DNA of 35,626 nt from contig JBDQPD010000029.1 in the NCBI GenBank assembly GCA_040260805.1, positions 1 to 35,626 of the forward strand, read 5' to 3'. A program made the translations under genes and the position numbers. The notes under the pieces were generated by a model. The model made no database searches and had not been told where the DNA came from. It saw nothing but the letters and a program-made list of their open reading frames with translations. This document shows positions 18,064 through 26,597 of this stretch, piece after piece (the stretch's first letter is position 1; each line of letters opens with the position of its first letter). Source of the DNA: Myxococcota bacterium. GTDB taxonomy: Bacteria; Myxococcota; UBA4151.

Positions 18064-18893
18064 AACAAGCTGCGTGGCTTACCACCTCGCTCGCTCTGTT
18101 CCCGAAACAACGCTTTGGTCTCGTCGGTGAGCTTGTCGTCCATTTTGCCTAAGCAAAAGTTCAAGTAGCCCGGCGGGATCTCGCTCAAGGGCAACCCAAT
18201 ATGTTTGCCAAAGCCTAGTCGAATGGTCTCGCCGTCTTCGCGGTCGATGTACAGATGGTAACGAAAGCGCCGGTCCTCGTCGTCGAGCTGTTTGCGCATC
18301 CGGATCTGTTCGGCGAGCGCCGCATCGACCGCGCTGGGCATCACCCCCGCTTGGACCATGCCGCTAAGAATCGCGCCGGTCGCCTCCGCATCGGCGGTGG
18401 CTGAGTGCGCATCGGTCAGGTCGTAACCGTAACGCGCCGCGACCGCTTCGAGCTTGCGGACTTTCCAGCTTCGATGGTGCCAAGCGACGAAGATGAAGGG
18501 GTCGAGGACTTGGTCCGGGTCGATCCGATGCGCGAACCCATGGCGCTCGAACTCGGCGTTCATGATGCGGACGTCATAGCTGATCGCGTTGTAGCCGCAT
18601 AAGACAGGTTGGTGACCACCGATACCTTGCTCGACGTGTTCCCAGAACCGATCACCGATCGCTGCGAAATCAGGGCAGTCTTTGATGTCTTCATCAAAGA
18701 TGTTGTGAACCTGAGACGCGCCGATGGGAATCGGCACGCCTGGATTGATCCGAATCTGTCGTGGGCGAGCGCATCGTCGGCCTTCGGCCCAATAGATGGC
18801 GCCGATCTCGACCACGCGGTCTTCCAATACGTTGACCCCGGTCGTCTCGGTGTCGAAGATCATCACTAGCGACGAATCGATCTGGGCAGCCAT
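18060..18893 (-). CDS. DEDDh 3'-5' exonuclease (DnaQ/ExoX-like) with a C-terminal FGKH module
   Basis: ExoI DTETTG, ExoII YNAISYD, ExoIII HSATADA, and tail LGFGKHIGLPLSEIPPGYL. Confidence 0.9.
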   Translation of the reverse strand: MAAQIDSSLVMIFDTETTGVNVLEDRVVEIGAIYWAEGRRCARPRQIRINPGVPIPIGASQVHNIFDEDIKDCPDFAAIGDRFWEHVEQGIGGHQPVLCGYNAISYDVRIMNAEFERHGFAHRIDPDQVLDPFIFVAWHHRSWKVRKLEAVAARYGYDLTDAHSATADAEATGAILSGMVQAGVMPSAVDAALAEQIRMRKQLDDEDRRFRYHLYIDREDGETIRLGFGKHIGLPLSEIPPGYLNFCLGKMDDKLTDETKALFREQSERGGKPRSLF

Positions 18894-18988
18894 CGATGAC
18901 TCCTTGTCTTTCGCAGTCGCGTTAGCACTGCAAACCCGGGCTTGGAACCCCAGTCTACATAAGCCTATGACACGAAAAACCTTGGCCG

Positions 18989-19017
18989 TTGCAGAGCAGC
19001 ATTCGGTTCGCTACCCT
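18989..19017 (+). promoter_or_regulatory. Candidate sigma70-type promoter for the gene at 19039
   Basis: TTGCAG-17 nt-TACCCT, upstream of an AGGAGG RBS and ATG 19039. Confidence 0.4.
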
Positions 19018-19038
19018 AAGGTTAAGCAGGAGGACTCC

Positions 19039-19929
19039 ATGTCCGGACCGTTGGCAGGCCATGCCAGCACATTCGGCGTACAATCGCGTGCGCCCTCGAG
19101 CGCGCAGCCGATCGCTGCGCCGAGTACGGTTTCGTTCAAGGCGAAGACGTCCGCCTCTGCTGCTCGTTTGGCTTCAGGCATTGATCAGGTGAGCATCACG
19201 CCGCCGCGTGTCGAGACGCCCAAGGGTTTGACGGCTTCGATGAACAATCAGATGTCGGGAGCCAGCATGGCGCCGGGCAAGAGCTTCTCACCACGGGCGA
19301 CCGCTGATTACAGCAAGCTGGGTATCGAGCTCAAACGCCAGATGGTGCAATCGTACCCTAAGGCGACGCCTGATCTGTCCGATACGGTGGTTCCGAAGCT
19401 TGAAAACACGCGGGGGCCGATGCCCTCTCCGAAAGTCAACAGCGCTGCCCTGCACGCCATCCGAGCGTCGAGTCCGCCCGACACTAGGGCGATCCACGGG
19501 AACCCTGAGGCGACGGTGAGCAAGCTGCGACCGATTCGGGACAGCTTGTCGATGCAAGTTGGGAACCTCAGCCCGGGGCAGGCGAGCGCTCTGATCGGAG
19601 CCGGGATGAAGACCGCAGCCGCTCAGGCTGCTGTGGTTCGAAACTCGATGAACGAGACGCAGGATCAGCTGGCTTCGAGCCGCAAACGACTCAAGGTCAT
19701 GCAAGAGCAACAAAGAGATCACTCGGTCCGCATCGCTCGACGCCTGAAGGTTAAGTTCGACTCGGTCCCGCAGCATCTACGTGACTTCGCAGCCAGAGCC
19801 GGCAAAGAGCTCGTGGTGCCGATGGGTTTGGAAAAAACGCCGCTCGAGAAAATGCTCGGCGCTGAAGGCGTGGTCGGCTTCAGGGGCGCCGGTATGGCAG
19901 CGTACGAAGAGTACATGGCGAACCCGTAG
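19039..19929 (+). CDS. Hypothetical protein with a Ser/Pro/Ala-rich N-terminus and a predicted coiled coil near the C-terminus
   Basis: Strong AGGAGG RBS before ATG 19039. The longer ORF start at 18796 overlaps the exonuclease. No family recognised. Confidence 0.7.
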   Translation: MSGPLAGHASTFGVQSRAPSSAQPIAAPSTVSFKAKTSASAARLASGIDQVSITPPRVETPKGLTASMNNQMSGASMAPGKSFSPRATADYSKLGIELKRQMVQSYPKATPDLSDTVVPKLENTRGPMPSPKVNSAALHAIRASSPPDTRAIHGNPEATVSKLRPIRDSLSMQVGNLSPGQASALIGAGMKTAAAQAAVVRNSMNETQDQLASSRKRLKVMQEQQRDHSVRIARRLKVKFDSVPQHLRDFAARAGKELVVPMGLEKTPLEKMLGAEGVVGFRGAGMAAYEEYMANP

Positions 19930-19933
19930 CACC

Positions 19934-20926
19934 GTGTCCCGAATCAAGCTGATCACAGGGGTGGCGATTGCCGCCTACTTCGTCGCCGCAGGATGGGTCT
20001 ATGTCAGCCAAACCCGGGCGGTGAAGCCTGCGCATCAAGATGAGCTGCCAGTCGTCGAGAAGAAGGAGCGGCTGCGTATTGTTTTGATCGGCGATACGGG
20101 GATGCCCGGTGCGCTTCGTGATGGCGTTCGACGACAGGTGCTCGCCGAGTCCAAAGATGCCATCATCGCACTGGGTGATTTGATCTATCCGCATCCGCCA
20201 CCCTGTCCGACGGGCGCGATCGATGCCAAGGACCTGCCCTTCTACGAGCAGCGCGTGGCTCATGGCTTAGAGGGTCTCAGGGCACCTGTTTATGCGATTC
20301 TAGGCAACCACTCGTACTACCGCGGCAAGCGCTCGTTAGTGTCTCGAATTTTTCCCTTCGTCCCCTCGACGCTCGAAGCTGGTGATCCTGGTGACGGCCG
20401 CATCGTTGATCCGGCCGCGTGCATGGTCGACTTTATCGGCATGAGACCTCAGATCCATCTGCCAAGTTTAGACTATGGGCTGGATTTTGGCGTCGCTCAG
20501 ATCGCCTTTGTGGACACCGATCATCTGGATGAACGTGCGACGAAAGTGGTCGATAAGACCTTCGCCACGGGATCGGGTTGGAAGCTGCTCATGGGTCATC
20601 ATGTGCTCAAAACCTACCACAACAAGGAGCGAGAGAACTATGTCGCTCCTTGGCTCAAGTCGCTCAAGGCTCAGCCGGATCTATACGCCAACGGTCACGC
20701 CCATTTCCTCCAGTTTGGAATCTATGGCGGGGTCCCGGCGGTGACCTCTGGTTCTGGCTCGAAGTTACGCCATCGACCTGCATGCCCGCCTGACTGCGGC
20801 GAGGGACAACTCTTTGGCGTGAGCACAGCGGGTTACGCGGTGCTCGAGGTGGCGCCCAAGGAGCTCACCGTGATTTTCAAGGATGATGTCGGCGCTGAGC
20901 GTTATCGCTGGAGCGTCAAGCGCTAG
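19934..20926 (+). CDS. Calcineurin-like metallophosphoesterase (purple acid phosphatase-like) with an N-terminal membrane anchor
   Basis: Motifs GDTG, GDLIY, GNHSY, GHH, GHAH and TSGSGS. Probable GTG start 4 nt after the previous stop. Confidence 0.85.
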   Translation: MSRIKLITGVAIAAYFVAAGWVYVSQTRAVKPAHQDELPVVEKKERLRIVLIGDTGMPGALRDGVRRQVLAESKDAIIALGDLIYPHPPPCPTGAIDAKDLPFYEQRVAHGLEGLRAPVYAILGNHSYYRGKRSLVSRIFPFVPSTLEAGDPGDGRIVDPAACMVDFIGMRPQIHLPSLDYGLDFGVAQIAFVDTDHLDERATKVVDKTFATGSGWKLLMGHHVLKTYHNKERENYVAPWLKSLKAQPDLYANGHAHFLQFGIYGGVPAVTSGSGSKLRHRPACPPDCGEGQLFGVSTAGYAVLEVAPKELTVIFKDDVGAERYRWSVKR

Positions 20927-21219
20927 GCTTGCTTTCGAGCCTTTAGAGCGTCCATTTGTTCGGCGGTTGCCGGCAGCTGGTGCGCCGCCTTCCACTCATC
21001 ATAGGGCATGCCGTAAACCGCAGCACGAGCCTCCACAGCGTCCAACTCGACGCCAGCTTCTTGGGCAGCTGCATGGTACCATTTGCCCATACAGTTCCTG
21101 CAAAAGTCGGCCAGGATCATCAGGTCAATGTTTTGCACGTCCGTTCGCTTTTGCAGGTGATCTCGTAATCGCCTGTAGACGGCCGCCTCAATCTGGGTTT
21201 GCTCTTGTTCAGTCATCAT
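20923..21219 (-). CDS. DUF1244-family protein
   Basis: EAAVYRRLRDHLQKRTDVQNIDLMILADFCRNCMGKWY...YGMPYDEWKAAHQ. The start may be 21216. Confidence 0.9.
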   Translation of the reverse strand: MMTEQEQTQIEAAVYRRLRDHLQKRTDVQNIDLMILADFCRNCMGKWYHAAAQEAGVELDAVEARAAVYGMPYDEWKAAHQLPATAEQMDALKARKQA

Positions 21220-21238
21220 CTTGCTCCGGGAGTCCTTC

Positions 21239-21952
21239 GTGAAAGAACATCCTCTTTGGACTTTGGCTAGAGGGCTATCGGATCGCTTGGCGGCGATGAG
21301 CTTCGCCGCACCTGTTCATACCGTTTATGACCCCACACGTTATGCGCATCGACCCATGAAGCAATACTTTGAGCGTTATGGTCACCCTTCTAAGCGCATC
21401 TTATTTTTAGGGATGAACCCTGGGCCTTGGGGGATGGCGCAAACGGGCGTGCCCTTTGGTGAAATTGCCGCTGTTCGCGATTGGATGGGGATTTGCGAGC
21501 CGGTCGAGTCACCTGAGGTTGAGCACGCCAAGCGCCCGATTCAGGGCTTTGACTGTGCGCGCAGTGAAGTCAGCGGCCGCCGACTCTGGGGTGGCTTTGC
21601 CGAATGGTTCGAGTCTGCGGATGCGTTCTTCAAAGACCATTATGTGGCGAATTATTGCCCCTTAGCGTTCATGGAAGAGGGCGGCAGAAACCGAACGCCT
21701 GATAAATTGCCCGCTGCGGAACGCCTCCCACTAGAGCAAGCCTGTGATGAGCACTTGCGCCAGGTGGTTGAGCTGCTCGAGATCGAGCGCGTGATCGGGG
21801 TGGGGCGCTTCGCCGAGACGGTGGCCAAACGCGCCTTGGGCGACGCCGTCGGCTTTGGGATGATCTTGCATCCAAGTCCCGCCAGTCCGGCAGCGAACCG
21901 TGGCTGGGCTGAGCAAGCTCAGGGTCAACTGCGCGAACAAGGGCTGCTGTAA
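21239..21952 (+). CDS. SMUG1-like (family 3) uracil-DNA glycosylase
   Basis: GMNPGPWGMAQTGVPFG, SEVSGRRLW, NYCPL, NRTPDKL and HPSPASP. GTG start 6 nt after GGAG. Confidence 0.92.
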   Translation: MKEHPLWTLARGLSDRLAAMSFAAPVHTVYDPTRYAHRPMKQYFERYGHPSKRILFLGMNPGPWGMAQTGVPFGEIAAVRDWMGICEPVESPEVEHAKRPIQGFDCARSEVSGRRLWGGFAEWFESADAFFKDHYVANYCPLAFMEEGGRNRTPDKLPAAERLPLEQACDEHLRQVVELLEIERVIGVGRFAETVAKRALGDAVGFGMILHPSPASPAANRGWAEQAQGQLREQGLL

Positions 21953-22000
21953 TAGGTCGAAAAACTGCGAGGACCTCCGGGGTATGCTAACCCGCTTGGT

Positions 22001-23350
22001 ATGCGCTCGTTGTGGTTTGCTACGCTCTTGCTTTGGCCCCTCCCGGCATCGGCCGGAAAGCTCTTCCCTCTTTTTCGCCCGCAGCCGGTTTTAGGACACG
22101 GCGAGCCTTTGCGGATTGAAGAGGTGGGTCGCTACCTGCGCGATGCGCTGGGCGAAGTCGGCGACTACGAAGTGGACCTGCTCGATCCGGACCGCAGTGA
22201 GCAACCCTTTGTCAAGAGCGCCAAGGTTGAGCGGCTCTCTAAGCGCTGGCGCTCTGAGATCGATTTTGCTGAGACCAACCTTCGACGCCGCAAGCCAGGG
22301 TTGGCGATCAAGGGCGCTAAGGTCGTTTGGCGGCGGCTGAGCCGATCGCCAGCGTTGGTTCAAGACCCCGAAATTCTATGCCGGACTTACCTCGTTTTTG
22401 CTGAGGCGAGTCTACAGCTCAAACAGGAGCAGAAGGCAGAGGAGTGGGTTAAGCGTTTGGCTGGCAGCTGCGCCAACATGTACCGCGATGGAAAGTGGAG
22501 GGCTAAATCCAGTCCCGCATTCCTCGAGCTGGTGCGAAAGACCAAGGCGGTGATGCGTCATGCGGCGCCTGCTCAGATCACGATTTTGACCGAACAAGCG
22601 GGCGCGGAAGTCTACCTCGATGCGCGGCTCGTCGGCACCACGCCGATGAACCTGACGGGGATCCCGCCGGGGCCGCATGTCCTTCGCGTCGAAGAGGTTA
22701 ATCGTAAGCCATGGTGTGAGTGGATCGAGCTCAGCGCTGCGCCGCGCACCCTCAGGATTCAGGGGCAAGCCAATTGGTTGCGCCCTGCCGAGGTGGGGTT
22801 GCAGCGAGCGCTTCAAAACAACGTGATCGATGACGCCGCAGTCTCAGGAGCCAAGGCGCTTTTGACTCGCCTTGCCCCTGGCGCGCCCTACCTAGCCATG
22901 GTCGGCGTTCTCGAAAGCGAGGGTGCGGTCAAGTTGCGGTTAATTTTGATCGATCGGCGGGGGCGGATTTTGCGGGTTCCCGAGGTGATGGTCGATGAGT
23001 CCTTCTTAGGTCTAGAGGCTGAGCTGAGCCACCTGTTCAAAGCGATGGGCAAGGTCCGCTGGACGGCGCTCAACAAGGGGCCGATCTTCCCCAACCTTGA
23101 AGAAGCTCAGGGCGAGGCGCCTGAGGTTCGATTTAAGGCGCTGGTCGAGGCGAGAGGCGCGGTCGAAGCTGAGGACGAGCGCAATGAAGATAAAGACGAA
23201 GACCCGGACGAAGATGACGAGCAAGAAGAGAAGGACCGACTCCGCCCGGTGATCCGAGGCGAAGGTGCCAAGAAGAAGAGCTCTTCAGCCGGGCCGATTA
23301 AGCGTCGCGCTCGAACCTACACCGACTTCAAAGACGAAGACGATAAATAG
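22001..23350 (+). CDS. Secreted PEGA-domain protein with an acidic/basic C-terminal tail
   Basis: Signal peptide ending PASA. PEGA-like ITILTEQAGAEVYLDARLVGTTPMNLTGIPPGPHVLRVE. Confidence 0.8.
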   Translation: MRSLWFATLLLWPLPASAGKLFPLFRPQPVLGHGEPLRIEEVGRYLRDALGEVGDYEVDLLDPDRSEQPFVKSAKVERLSKRWRSEIDFAETNLRRRKPGLAIKGAKVVWRRLSRSPALVQDPEILCRTYLVFAEASLQLKQEQKAEEWVKRLAGSCANMYRDGKWRAKSSPAFLELVRKTKAVMRHAAPAQITILTEQAGAEVYLDARLVGTTPMNLTGIPPGPHVLRVEEVNRKPWCEWIELSAAPRTLRIQGQANWLRPAEVGLQRALQNNVIDDAAVSGAKALLTRLAPGAPYLAMVGVLESEGAVKLRLILIDRRGRILRVPEVMVDESFLGLEAELSHLFKAMGKVRWTALNKGPIFPNLEEAQGEAPEVRFKALVEARGAVEAEDERNEDKDEDPDEDDEQEEKDRLRPVIRGEGAKKKSSSAGPIKRRARTYTDFKDEDDK

Positions 23351-23356
23351 TCCGCT

Positions 23357-24571
23357 CTACTGTCGAACGATCAATGTGTAGTCGCCGGCGACACCTAAAG
23401 GCTGACGCGGCGGGTTATGAAATGGAGCCACGACAATGGTCAGCTCCTGACCTTGCTCCACGTCCAGCGCCATGCGGCAGTCGTAGTTGCGCGACTCAGC
23501 GTCGATGTCGTCGTTCTCGGCCAGCATCTCTTCACCGCTCATAATACGGCACATCGGATCGAGCTCGCTCTCGGTCATCACCGTGAGTTGACCCGTCGCA
23601 GGAGCCACCAAGCTGTAGTAATCAAAGTCCCGACCCCAGTCGAAGCGAGCCGCTTGTTCGTAGGGGAGCGCCTCGATCGGAGTCGCCGTCTCAGCGCTGT
23701 TTCCATGGTCGTCATCGGGAAGACGCTCGGATCCGATTGTGTACAGACCGGTGCCCCACTCGGCGTTGTAGTGGCGGACCTTCAAGTAGTAGGTCTCACC
23801 AACCTCCATCGGCATCGCTACGCTGCAGTTGAGCTCTTCACCGCCGTCGTCATCTCCGGAGAGTGTCTCACCGTTTGAGTCTTCCAGCGTGCAGACGGGG
23901 TCCGTCGTGCTCTCGGTGAAGAATCGAAAGATGCCGGCTTCTGCGACTTGAATGCTCCACATATCGACATCACCACAGCCAAACATGGCGTCCGTGCGTT
24001 CTGACTCGAAGTCGAAGCTCGAAGCCGTTTGGGCATCGTTCCCGTCGTCGTTGGTCTGATCTTCACAGGTGCAGGTGCTGCTGCAGCCGTCGCCGTCTTC
24101 AGTGTTCCCATCATCGCACTCTTCGGCGACGGATTCACCACCCCCCGGCGAGCGAAACCGGTTGCCGCAGGCAGCGCCCTCGGCTTGGCACCTGTCATCG
24201 CACCCATCACCTGAGACGCGGTTCCCGTCGTCGCATTCTTCGCCCGCGTCCGCTTGCTCGTTGCCGCAGTTCAAAAGGGCTTCGTCGTAACAAGCACGAT
24301 TACAGCCGTCGCCGTCGGTTTTGTTGCCGTCGTCGCATTCTTCGCCTTCTTCAAGCTCGCCGTTCCCACAGATCGCTCGATCTTCGGTTTCGCAGCTTCG
24401 GTTGCAGCCGTCGCCGTTGCGCTGGTTTCCGTCGTCGCAAGCTTCGCCTTGTTCGACGACGCGATTACCGCAAACGGAGCCATCATTGGCGAGCGGGTCG
24501 GTTGAGTCCGCATCCACTGCGCAGGCGCTCAGAACGAGGAGGAGGTAGAGGGGGCGGCGCTTAGAGATCAT
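23357..24571 (-). CDS. Lipoprotein with 4 Myxococcus Cys-rich repeats and two PPC-like beta-sandwich domains
   Basis: Lipobox LSA|C, four CGN..CDDGN..GDGC repeats, and two repeats starting DD[GH]N..TA with D.D.W/Y and DDDG/NDD motifs. Confidence 0.8.
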   Translation of the reverse strand: MISKRRPLYLLLVLSACAVDADSTDPLANDGSVCGNRVVEQGEACDDGNQRNGDGCNRSCETEDRAICGNGELEEGEECDDGNKTDGDGCNRACYDEALLNCGNEQADAGEECDDGNRVSGDGCDDRCQAEGAACGNRFRSPGGGESVAEECDDGNTEDGDGCSSTCTCEDQTNDDGNDAQTASSFDFESERTDAMFGCGDVDMWSIQVAEAGIFRFFTESTTDPVCTLEDSNGETLSGDDDGGEELNCSVAMPMEVGETYYLKVRHYNAEWGTGLYTIGSERLPDDDHGNSAETATPIEALPYEQAARFDWGRDFDYYSLVAPATGQLTVMTESELDPMCRIMSGEEMLAENDDIDAESRNYDCRMALDVEQGQELTIVVAPFHNPPRQPLGVAGDYTLIVRQ

Positions 24572-24702
24572 GAATAGCCTTGCTATGGTTCGGCGGGAGC
24601 TTGGCCCATGGGGTGATGTGACGCAAGCCGCTAGCTTGCTTCGCTGGCATTGCGCGGGTAGGGTCTTTACGCTTCGAGGGTAGTGCCTTTGGGAGGTTTC
24701 TT

Positions 24703-25050
24703 TTGCGCTTCGTTACACTGATGCTGCTTGGTTTTTTGGCTGCCTGCGGAGGGTGGGACGCTGATAAGAATCTGAACGCTTTGGGCGACGACGAGCTCGA
24801 AGCATTATGCGGTCATTTTTATGATTTGGCGGGCGGAGAACCCAAGCTTGAAACCTGCACCGTGGATGGTGTGGAATACAGCGTTGAACTGGGCGGTCGT
24901 AGTGACGAGATCGCTGCGTGCAAAGCGAAGGCTCGCCCAGCGTGCAAGACACAATTGTTAGAGGACTGCGTCGTCAGCCTGGAGGGTTCGCTCTGTGCGG
25001 ACATGAACACCGATGCCTGCGTGGCGTACGTGAACTGCGAACTAAATTAA
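24703..25050 (+). CDS. Small Cys-rich lipoprotein
   Basis: GGGAGG RBS, TTG start, lipobox LAA|C and 8 further Cys. Confidence 0.7.
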   Translation: MRFVTLMLLGFLAACGGWDADKNLNALGDDELEALCGHFYDLAGGEPKLETCTVDGVEYSVELGGRSDEIAACKAKARPACKTQLLEDCVVSLEGSLCADMNTDACVAYVNCELN

Positions 25051-25085
25051 GTTTCCAGCGGCAGCGCTGGCTTGAGGAGATAGGT

Positions 25086-26576
25086 ATGCTGAAGCGTTTC
25101 AGCGGCGTTATTTTAGTGGTGTCGGCGATGACCTGGGGTCAGCCGGCGCACGCTCAGTGTGCAACCTGTGGTAACCCAGCCCTCACCGCGGGGGCATCCG
25201 ATTTGGGCAAAGCTCTCGGTGAAGAGGTGGTCGCCACTCCCGCGCTGACGTTGAGCGGAAGTTATTCGTTCACCAACTTTGATGAGTTCCAAGACGCAGA
25301 CGGTAATCGCCTCGCTCCATCGGACCCCGCGGTGGGTCTCAACGATGAGTATTTCCTCGCCCTTCACGTCTTTGTGCTCAACGCCGAAGTGAGTCATCCG
25401 TTGGGCGCAGCGCTGAGCTTAGCGGTACCTTACGGCCTGGCTGCTTTTCACAACGAGCGGGGTGAAGAAGGAACCGATCCCGGTTTCGCCGATATTGAAT
25501 CGCGGCTGCGGCTGGACATCAATAAGCTGACGGGCGTGTGGTCTGAGGGTTCAAAGCCTCGACTCAATGTGTCGCTCGGTGGCGTCGCACCGACGGGCGA
25601 GTTCGTAGCGAGCACCGACGTCGCTGGTTCGGATCGTTACGTCAGTTTGGGGCGCGGCGTTGCGTGGGGTTTGGCCGAGTTTGATCTGCGAGGTTATCTG
25701 GAAAATGGCGCAGGCTGGTATGTGACCGGTGGCTTGCGCACCGCGCTGCAGACCTACGTCGGTACCAATGATTATGAATTTGATTGGGGTAATGAGTATC
25801 GCTTGTCTGTTGGTGGCAGCGCGCAGGTGATCCCTAAGAAAATGGGCTTAGGGTTTGGCGTCGATTGGAACCAGCGCGGCACCAGCCAAGAAAATGGCGC
25901 CGAGTTCCCCAATGGCGGCGGACAAGATATTACGCTGAGTGGTACCATTCAGGGGCGTCTGCCTGGCAACCTGATGGCGAGCGTTGGGCTCCGCTATCCG
26001 GTCTGGTACGAGGTCAAGGGAACCCAGGTGGTGTCGGATCCAAACGTGTTTGGTGGGATCGCTTACCGCTTCGGTGGCTCGAAGGTGGTCAAGAAAGAGG
26101 GCGCGCCAGAGATGCCCAAGCCCAACGTTCTTCCGGGCGAAATCCCCAAAGATCCCGAGCTTCTTAAGGTGCTAGGGGACAACAAAGTCACCATTATTGA
26201 TTACTGGGCAGAGTGGTGTGTGAACTGCATGAAGCTGATGCCGTACATCGACGCCTTCAAAAAGAATAATCCCCATGTGGAAGTCGTCAAAATGGACGCC
26301 ACCAAGTGGGAAGTCGAACAGTTCAAACGGTTCCTACCCGCAACGCCTGAGCTACCCGCTCTGGACATCTATGGTGCGGACAAGCGCTTGATCATTCGTT
26401 TGGGTGGCACGGACGTGTTCAAGTATCGCGAGCATCTGCCTGCCGGTGTCGACAAAGGTTATCCCGAGGGATGGGAGCCTCCGGCGGACAAGCCCAAAGA
26501 CGATCAAGACAAGGCAAAAGAAGAAGCGCCTAAAGAAGAGGCGCCCAAGGCCGCCGACCCCGAAGCCGCCTCCTAG
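25086..26576 (+). CDS. Putative outer-membrane beta-barrel (transporter-like) with an N-terminal CxxC, fused to a C-terminal thioredoxin domain
   Basis: GAGGA RBS and signal peptide ending AHA|QCATCG. Alternating aromatic/Gly strands, G..APTG motif and a last strand FGGIAYRF, then IIDYWAEWCVNC...ELPAL. Confidence 0.7.
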   Translation: MLKRFSGVILVVSAMTWGQPAHAQCATCGNPALTAGASDLGKALGEEVVATPALTLSGSYSFTNFDEFQDADGNRLAPSDPAVGLNDEYFLALHVFVLNAEVSHPLGAALSLAVPYGLAAFHNERGEEGTDPGFADIESRLRLDINKLTGVWSEGSKPRLNVSLGGVAPTGEFVASTDVAGSDRYVSLGRGVAWGLAEFDLRGYLENGAGWYVTGGLRTALQTYVGTNDYEFDWGNEYRLSVGGSAQVIPKKMGLGFGVDWNQRGTSQENGAEFPNGGGQDITLSGTIQGRLPGNLMASVGLRYPVWYEVKGTQVVSDPNVFGGIAYRFGGSKVVKKEGAPEMPKPNVLPGEIPKDPELLKVLGDNKVTIIDYWAEWCVNCMKLMPYIDAFKKNNPHVEVVKMDATKWEVEQFKRFLPATPELPALDIYGADKRLIIRLGGTDVFKYREHLPAGVDKGYPEGWEPPADKPKDDQDKAKEEAPKEEAPKAADPEAAS

Positions 26577-26597
26577 CCCGACGACACAGGATTCATT

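Noticed and set aside
15128..18893. Topo VI and nuclease as an anti-phage or anti-plasmid system (Wadjet JetD-like) or Topo VIII
   Set aside because: Canonical separate Top6A and Top6B with no SMC/kleisin genes and a housekeeping context.
24623..24639. Inverted repeat GCAAGC-N5-GCTTGC in a divergent intergenic region
   Set aside because: Only 6 bp, single occurrence and no associated regulator, so it could be chance.
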